Source: Phycisphaeraceae bacterium (lineage in GTDB: Bacteria > Planctomycetota > Phycisphaerae > Phycisphaerales > Zrk34). From it: a stretch of DNA of 64,000 bases. A model generated the notes under the pieces. That model did not search any database, was not told the DNA's origin, and saw nothing but the letters and a program-made list of their open reading frames with translations. This document shows, one piece after another, positions 58,916-64,000 of the stretch (positions are counted from its first letter, which is position 1; the number at the start of each line of letters is the position of its first letter). Made by a program: the position numbers and the translations under genes. The stretch is from positions 1 to 64,000 of the forward strand of contig JBBDRF010000001.1 in NCBI GenBank assembly GCA_040905565.1, written 5' to 3'.

Positions 58916-58943
58916 AGTGTAGTCCCTCTAATAGCAGTGTCAA
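58916..58943 (-). promoter_or_regulatory. Sigma70-type promoter of the nusA operon
   Basis: TTGACA-N16-TACACT on the minus strand. Confidence 0.65.
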
Positions 58944-59000
58944 ATCTCCCGAAGCCCACGGCGTCACGCCTTGAGGGCGAACGCATAGCGAGGCGCAAAA

Positions 59001-59042
59001 AAAACACCCATCACAAATCGCAACTCACCCATCACAAATTGA
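59001..59042. repeat. Degenerate heptamer array
   Basis: aaaacac ccatcac aaatcgc aactcac ccatcac aaattga. Confidence 0.6.
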
Positions 59043-59067
59043 CGCCCATCTGCTCTATAATGTCCGC

Positions 59068-60456
59068 ATGCTTAATAAGACCCCCCTGACGTGCGGGCTC
59101 GCCGCGGTCGCGCTTTTCGCCGCTTCCGCCGCAGCCGAACCCATCACCAACCCCATTCCCGAGCCCATTCAGGACGCCGACATCCGCGTCGACCTCCAGC
59201 TCGTGGCCGACGGTCTGGTCTCCCCCGTCTGGGGCACCACCGCCGACGACGGCACCGGCCGCATGTTCGTCGTCGATCAGGTCGGAAAGGCCTGGGTCTT
59301 CCAGGACGGCCAGCTCAGCGAACAGCCCTACCTTGATGTCTCCGAGCACATGGTCGACCTCCAGCCCGGCTTCGATGAGCGCGGCTTCCTCGGCCTCGCC
59401 TTCCACCCCGACTTCGCCGACGAGCACGCCCAGGGCTACGGCCGCTTCTATACCTTCACCTCCGAACCGTTCGACGCCGACAACCGGGCCGATTTCACCA
59501 TCGACATGCCCGAAGATCTCCCGGCGAACCACATCAGCGTCGTCAGCGAATGGCGCGTCGCCGACCACACGGCCGAATCCGCCCAGGATGCCGAGCGCCG
59601 CGTCGTCGTCTCATTCGACGAACCCCAGTTCAACCACAACGGCGGGGCTCTGCTCTTCGGCCCCGACAAGATGCTCTACATCAGCCTCGGCGACGGCGGG
59701 GCCGGCAACGACATCGGGCCCGGCCACACCCCCGAAACCGGCAACGGCCAGGATAGCACCAACCCCCTCGGCGCCATCCTCCGCATCAACCCCCTCGGCG
59801 ATACCGGCCACGCCACCGAACGCGGCCAGTACACCATCCCCGAAGATAACCCCTTCCTCGATAACGACGACGTCCTCGACGTCATCTACGCCTACGGCCT
59901 CCGGAACGTCTTCCGCATGGCGTTCGACGGCGACGCCCTCGTCGCGGCCGACGTCGGCCAGGCGCACCTCGAAATCATCAACATCATCGAATCCGGCGGC
60001 AACTACGGCTGGAACCTCATGGAAGGATCCTTCTACTTCGATCCCACCGCAGGGCCCGACGAACAGCTCAGCCGTGAGCCCCTTCCCGATCGCCCCGCCC
60101 CCGACAATCTCCTCGGCCCCGTCGCCCAGTACGATCACGACGAAGGCACCTCCATCACCGGCGGGTTCGTCTACCGCGGCAAAGCCGTCCAAGCCCTCCA
60201 GGGCCTCTACGTCTTCGGCGACTGGCAACGCCAGAACATCCCCGGCCGCGACGACACCTCCGGCCGCCTGTTCGTCACCGACCTCGCCAACGGCGAAATC
60301 TTCGCACTCCCCGTCGGCGACGGCGACTCCCACATCGGCGACCTCATCACGGGCTTCGCTCAGGACCATGAAGGCGAACTCTACGTCCTCACCAACAACA
60401 CCGCAGGCCCCCAGGGCGAAAACGGCCGCATCTGGAAAATCGTCCCGCACGAATAA
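59068..60456 (+). CDS. PQQ-dependent sugar (glucose/sorbosone) dehydrogenase family protein
   Basis: Signal peptide; ERGFLGLAFHPDF, NHNGG, LYISLGDGG, YGLRN, DVGQ, GGNYGW, SITGGFVYRG. Confidence 0.9.
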   Translation: MLNKTPLTCGLAAVALFAASAAAEPITNPIPEPIQDADIRVDLQLVADGLVSPVWGTTADDGTGRMFVVDQVGKAWVFQDGQLSEQPYLDVSEHMVDLQPGFDERGFLGLAFHPDFADEHAQGYGRFYTFTSEPFDADNRADFTIDMPEDLPANHISVVSEWRVADHTAESAQDAERRVVVSFDEPQFNHNGGALLFGPDKMLYISLGDGGAGNDIGPGHTPETGNGQDSTNPLGAILRINPLGDTGHATERGQYTIPEDNPFLDNDDVLDVIYAYGLRNVFRMAFDGDALVAADVGQAHLEIINIIESGGNYGWNLMEGSFYFDPTAGPDEQLSREPLPDRPAPDNLLGPVAQYDHDEGTSITGGFVYRGKAVQALQGLYVFGDWQRQNIPGRDDTSGRLFVTDLANGEIFALPVGDGDSHIGDLITGFAQDHEGELYVLTNNTAGPQGENGRIWKIVPHE

Positions 60457-60460
60457 GTGC

Positions 60461-60495
60461 GTGATGAGTGAGGTCTGATGTGTGATGGGCGATGT
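60461..60495. repeat. Degenerate heptamer array, inverted relative to 59001-59042
   Basis: gtgatga gtgaggt ctgatgt gtgatgg gcgatgt. Confidence 0.6.
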
Positions 60496-60529
60496 GGGGC
60501 ACGCGGCCGGGACGCTGCGCGCCCACACA

Positions 60530-60586
60530 TAGCCCCGGCCTTGCCCGGGGTCCCCGCCCCAAACCCCGGCCAAGACCGGGGCCTAG
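60530..60586. repeat. Inverted pair of REP-like family D (TAG-CCCCGGC-CTTG-GCCGGGG-T)
   Basis: Units at 60530-60551 and 60563-60586; partial copies at 15210-15225 and 23122-23140. Confidence 0.7.
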
Positions 60587-60627
60587 GTGAAAATAACGAA
60601 TGGCGACTGCCTGATGCCTAATAACAA

Positions 60628-61836
60628 ATGATCACCTACGCCGACATCCTCCGCGCCCAGAAGCGTATCGCGGACGCCGTCCAGCTGACGCCCTGCCCGC
60701 CCTCGCCGGCCCTCTCGGAACTCACCGGCTGCGACGTCTACTGCAAGCTGGACTACCTTCAGCGCACCGGCTCCTTCAAGGAACGCGGGGCCCGCAACGC
60801 GCTGATGCAACTGGACAAGGCCACCTGCCGAGGCGTCATCGCCGCTTCCGCAGGCAACCACGCCCTCGCCCTCGCCTACCACGGCAAGCTCCTCGGCATC
60901 CCCGTCACCGTGGTGATGCCGCGCTTCGCACCGATGATCAAGGTCACCACCTGCCGTCGCCTCGGCGCCAACGTCGTCCTCCATGGCGACGACTTCGCCA
61001 CCGCCCGCGCCAAAGCCGACCAGATCATCGCCCACGAAAAACTCACCTACATCCACGGCTACGACGCCCCCGAAATCATTGCAGGCCAAGGCACCATCGG
61101 CCTGGAGATCATCGACCAGGTCCCCGATCTCGACGCGGTCATCATGCCCATCGGCGGGGGCGGGCTGATCGCCGGCGCTTCGCTTGCCATCAAAGCGCGT
61201 GCTCCGGATGTTCAGGTCATCGGCGTCGAATCCGATGCCGCCGCCGGCTACTCCGCCGCGCTCCAGCAAGGCAGCCCCGTCAACATCCAGACCCGCCCCA
61301 CCCTTGCAGACGGCCTGGCCGTCGGCCGCGTCGGCGACAACGCGTTCGCCATCGCCAAGCCTTACATCGACCGTGTCGTCACCGTCAAAGAAGATCAGAT
61401 CGCCCTGGCGATTCTGCACCTTCTGGAACAGGAAAAAAGCGTCGTTGAAGGTGCCGGTGCCGCCCCGCTCGCTGCCCTGCTCAGCGGTCAGCTCGCCGAT
61501 CTCGCCGGCCGCCGGGTCGCGATCGTGCTCTGCGGCGGCAACATCGATCCCACCGTCCTCCGCCGCGTCATCGATCACGGCATGGTCACGCTCGGCCGCC
61601 TCTTCCGCTTCACCGCCGTCATCAGCGACCGCCCCGGCGGCCTCGAACGCCTCGCCCACGTCATCGCCTCATCCAACGCAAGCGTCCGCGACATCTCCCA
61701 CGACCGCGCCTTCGCAGGCCCCGACGTCGCTACCGTCCGCGTCGACTGCACCGTCGAAACCACCGACGCCGACCACATCACCACCCTCAAAGCCGCCCTC
61801 CACGACGCCAACATCGCCACCCACACCCCCCATTAG
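60628..61836 (+). CDS. ilvA: Threonine ammonia-lyase with C-terminal ACT domain
   Basis: TGSFKERGA (PLP Lys), ASAGNHA, GQGTIGLE, GGGGLIAG, CGGNID, DRPGGL. Confidence 0.93.
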   Translation: MITYADILRAQKRIADAVQLTPCPPSPALSELTGCDVYCKLDYLQRTGSFKERGARNALMQLDKATCRGVIAASAGNHALALAYHGKLLGIPVTVVMPRFAPMIKVTTCRRLGANVVLHGDDFATARAKADQIIAHEKLTYIHGYDAPEIIAGQGTIGLEIIDQVPDLDAVIMPIGGGGLIAGASLAIKARAPDVQVIGVESDAAAGYSAALQQGSPVNIQTRPTLADGLAVGRVGDNAFAIAKPYIDRVVTVKEDQIALAILHLLEQEKSVVEGAGAAPLAALLSGQLADLAGRRVAIVLCGGNIDPTVLRRVIDHGMVTLGRLFRFTAVISDRPGGLERLAHVIASSNASVRDISHDRAFAGPDVATVRVDCTVETTDADHITTLKAALHDANIATHTPH

Positions 61837-61859
61837 CGGGCGATCGAAGATCGCCGTTT
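61834..61859 (+). repeat. REP-like family C, overlapping the ilvA stop codon
   Basis: tagcgggcgatcgaagatcgccgttt. Confidence 0.8.
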
Positions 61860-61877
61860 CCCCCATTAAGAAAATGT

Positions 61878-62048
61878 TCATCGCCGGTCTGTTTCGCGCT
61901 CGGGGACGACGATCTTCCGCCCCGTGATCATCACCGTTTCGCCAGTCCACCTGTCGTGCTTGTAGAGGTAGCCTTGCGGGCTCGGCCCCCTCAAGTCGTA
62001 CCTGTCGAGCTCTTGAACGCTGTTTTTCAACCTTAAGTCCTGCTTCAT
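61878..62048 (-). CDS. Small 56-aa ORF absent from the ORF track, or C-terminal fragment of the upstream gene
   Basis: MKQDLRLKNSVQELDRYDLRGPSPQGYLYKHDRWTGETVMITGRKIVVPERETDRR; same frame as 62052..62759, ATG one codon after its TAG. Confidence 0.45.
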   Translation of the reverse strand: MKQDLRLKNSVQELDRYDLRGPSPQGYLYKHDRWTGETVMITGRKIVVPERETDRR

Positions 62049-62051
62049 CGC

Positions 62052-62759
62052 CTACGGCCCTTTCGCCAGCCGCAATGACAACCTCCCCATCCATAACGGG
62101 GACCGCCATACCAGCGATAACAGCAATGCCGACAGCGGGATAGCCGCAAGTTCGCCGATTTCAGCGGCAATCCATTCTGGCGTCCACGGCTGTTGCGCTC
62201 GATACCCGCGAGGGGCATTCTCGCGGACCGGCTCTGCGAACGCCGAATCAGCCCGATGGGTCGCGGGTGCATCTGAGCTATCAGGCTTTATTGCCACCAT
62301 CACCCCAATTATCACGAGCGCCCACACGAACGTAGCGAGAAACGAAGGTCTCACCGCACAAATAATCAGCATCGGCACTGCAAAAAAACTCACCACCGGC
62401 ACCGCCATCGCCATCGCCACGGCCAAATCGTCGTCGGACGCAACCTGCATCACGATGAAGATCGACGCCAGCAGAATCCCGACGAGAAGGAATGCCATCA
62501 CAGCCCAACTGTGCTTGGCGGCCGGTTCGCTATCGCCTACCACCGCCTCCAGCGAGCCTGCCTTGTGGGCCAGACGCAGCATCCTCACCGCGCGGTCTCG
62601 AACAACTTCGGCATCACCATAGGCCGACTGCTCCGCCACGACTTCAGCGACCGTGGCGTCAAGATCGCGCACCGATAGCCTTGCCGGCGGGCCACCCGCC
62701 ACCGCGACGATTCGCCGGGCCACATCCTCCGCCATGCGATTTATCGACCTATCGCCCAT
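62052..62759 (-). CDS. Hypothetical membrane protein
   Basis: Soluble N-terminal domain followed by 3-4 TM segments; starts 3 nt after the upstream stop. Confidence 0.55.
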   Translation of the reverse strand: MGDRSINRMAEDVARRIVAVAGGPPARLSVRDLDATVAEVVAEQSAYGDAEVVRDRAVRMLRLAHKAGSLEAVVGDSEPAAKHSWAVMAFLLVGILLASIFIVMQVASDDDLAVAMAMAVPVVSFFAVPMLIICAVRPSFLATFVWALVIIGVMVAIKPDSSDAPATHRADSAFAEPVRENAPRGYRAQQPWTPEWIAAEIGELAAIPLSALLLSLVWRSPLWMGRLSLRLAKGP

Positions 62760-62762
62760 CGC

Positions 62763-63089
62763 TTACCCCTTTCGTGGAAACCCCCGCTTCTTCGGCCGTT
62801 CCTTCGCGGCGAGCCGCTCGGCTTGGGGCGGAAGCTGGTGGCGTTCGCCCTCTTCCGCCATCTGCTCAAGCAACATGCGCGCCAGGTCGCCATGGTGCTT
62901 TTCTTCTATCTGCCCGAGGACGATCGACTGCGGTATGTCGTCCAGCCGAAGGAACCAGCCGAGTATTCGCTCGACGGCCTCCTGCTGACTGATGCCCTTG
63001 CGGGCAAATACCGCATCAAGCTGAGACTTGAACGACCTGTCCAGCCTGATCCGTAAATTTTCTTTGCTTTGCTCGTCTGCCACAATCAC
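62763..63089 (-). CDS. Small protein with ribbon-helix-helix-like N-terminus (putative regulator)
   Basis: NLRIRLD (alternating beta strand), helix, G, ISQQEAVERIL pattern; GGAG upstream; basic tail. Confidence 0.55.
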   Translation of the reverse strand: MIVADEQSKENLRIRLDRSFKSQLDAVFARKGISQQEAVERILGWFLRLDDIPQSIVLGQIEEKHHGDLARMLLEQMAEEGERHQLPPQAERLAAKERPKKRGFPRKG

Positions 63090-63142
63090 AGATTAGCTCC
63101 AGTCTTACGGTTCACTCTGATTTCTGATTGCCACCCACCCCA

Positions 63143-63185
63143 CCAAATAGCAAATAACCGATCACCAATAGCTATTAGCTATTTG
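63143..63185. repeat. Self-complementary heptamer array at the purM 3' end
   Basis: Minus strand caaatag ctaatag ctattgg tgatcgg ttatttg ctatttg; includes the purM stop. Confidence 0.6.
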
Positions 63186-64000
63186 TCATCCGCACCCCCC
63201 CGCTGCCCTTCACAATCTCGCCCAGCCGAAACACCGTCTCGCCCTTCTTCTCAAGCTGCTTCTGCACCGACTCCGCAAAGCTCGGCCGCACCACCATGCA
63301 GTAGCCGATCCCCTGATTGAAAACCTTGTCCATCTCCGCCTGATCGAACCCGCCATGCTTCTGCAGGAACTTAAAAAGCGGCGGAATCTCAAAGCTCTTC
63401 CGATTCACCTTCGCATCAAGATCGTCAGGCAGCACGCGGTCGAGGTTCCCCACGATCCCGCCGCCGGTGATGTGCGCCATCGCTGTCACCACCTGCTTCA
63501 CCGAGTAACGCCTTAGCACGCTGAGCACTGACTTGGCATAGATCCGTGTCGGCTCCAGCAGCACCTCGCCGAGCGGCCGCTCCGAATCGACCTCCGCGTA
63601 CGCTTTGTCCAGCTGCAGCTTCCGCTTGCTCACGATGTTCCGCACCAGCGAGTAGCCGTTGGAGTGGATGCCGCTCGAGGCCAGCCCCAGCACCACGTCG
63701 CCTTCCAGAACGCGCGACGCATTGATCACCCGTTTCAGTTCGCACACGCCCACCGCAAACCCTGCCATGTCGAACTCGCCGGTTGAGTAGACGTCAGGCA
63801 TCTCCGCGGTCTCGCCGCCCAGCAGCGCCGCCCCCGCCTGTCGGCAACCCTCCGCCACGCCCTTGACCATGTCCGTCGCCTGCTCCGGCGACAGCTTGTG
63901 CACCGCCAGATAATCCAGGAAAAACAACGGCTCCGCCCCCGCCACGATCAGATCGTTCACGCTCATCGCGACGAGGTCGATGCCGACCGTGTCGTACCGG
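63175..64000 (-). CDS. purM: Phosphoribosylformylglycinamidine cyclo-ligase (5' part outside the window)
   Basis: AMSVND, GAEPLFFLDY, GGETAEMP, SSGIHSNGYSL, AHITGGG. Confidence 0.96.
   Translation of the reverse strand, partial: RYDTVGIDLVAMSVNDLIVAGAEPLFFLDYLAVHKLSPEQATDMVKGVAEGCRQAGAALLGGETAEMPDVYSTGEFDMAGFAVGVCELKRVINASRVLEGDVVLGLASSGIHSNGYSLVRNIVSKRKLQLDKAYAEVDSERPLGEVLLEPTRIYAKSVLSVLRRYSVKQVVTAMAHITGGGIVGNLDRVLPDDLDAKVNRKSFEIPPLFKFLQKHGGFDQAEMDKVFNQGIGYCMVVRPSFAESVQKQLEKKGETVFRLGEIVKGSGGVRMTNS

Noticed and set aside
59039..59061. TTGACG plus TATAAT as a canonical -35/-10 pair
   Set aside because: The spacer is only 11 nt; only the -10 element is retained, as part of the leaderless pattern.
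9..62054. Global TAG reassignment suggested by in-frame TAGs at 9-11 and 62052-62054
   Set aside because: smpB, apbE, ilvA and purM end at TAG at their expected lengths; the first TAG is better explained by an IS end.

Overview
High-GC bacterial chromosome segment. Gene content (DUF1549/DUF1553-cytochrome c plus DUF1501, DUF6797-like and ThuA-like proteins, short pheT) points to a planctomycete, probably Phycisphaerae; this is inference. About 55 CDSs, mostly housekeeping: mutY, rluD, smpB, bioB, folA, pheT, gcvH, hsp20-lon, a P-II gene, polX, acpS, yebC, hisG, nusA-infB-DUF503-rbfA, ilvA and partial purM. There is also a four-gene secreted ThuA / multiheme cytochrome / LamG operon. No rRNA, tRNA, CRISPR array or complete transposase was recognised. 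The most unusual signals are non-coding. (1) A 186-bp MITE with perfect 24-bp terminal inverted repeats has inserted twice into the GTAA loop of a REP-like hairpin; the intact copy duplicates the loop, and both copies carry an IHF-consensus site and an internal copy of the target. (2) At least seven REP-like palindrome families occupy the intergenic spaces. (3) Five period-7 degenerate arrays lie at gene borders, one inverted pair flanking a whole gene. (4) A ~400-nt structured leader with a terminator precedes nusA, and rimP is absent. (5) Many genes have a -10 hexamer 6-9 nt before the ATG, suggesting leaderless transcription. (6) A sigma54 promoter with NtrC-like boxes drives a P-II protein lacking Tyr51. 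Family names come from motif recognition by eye; no database was searched.
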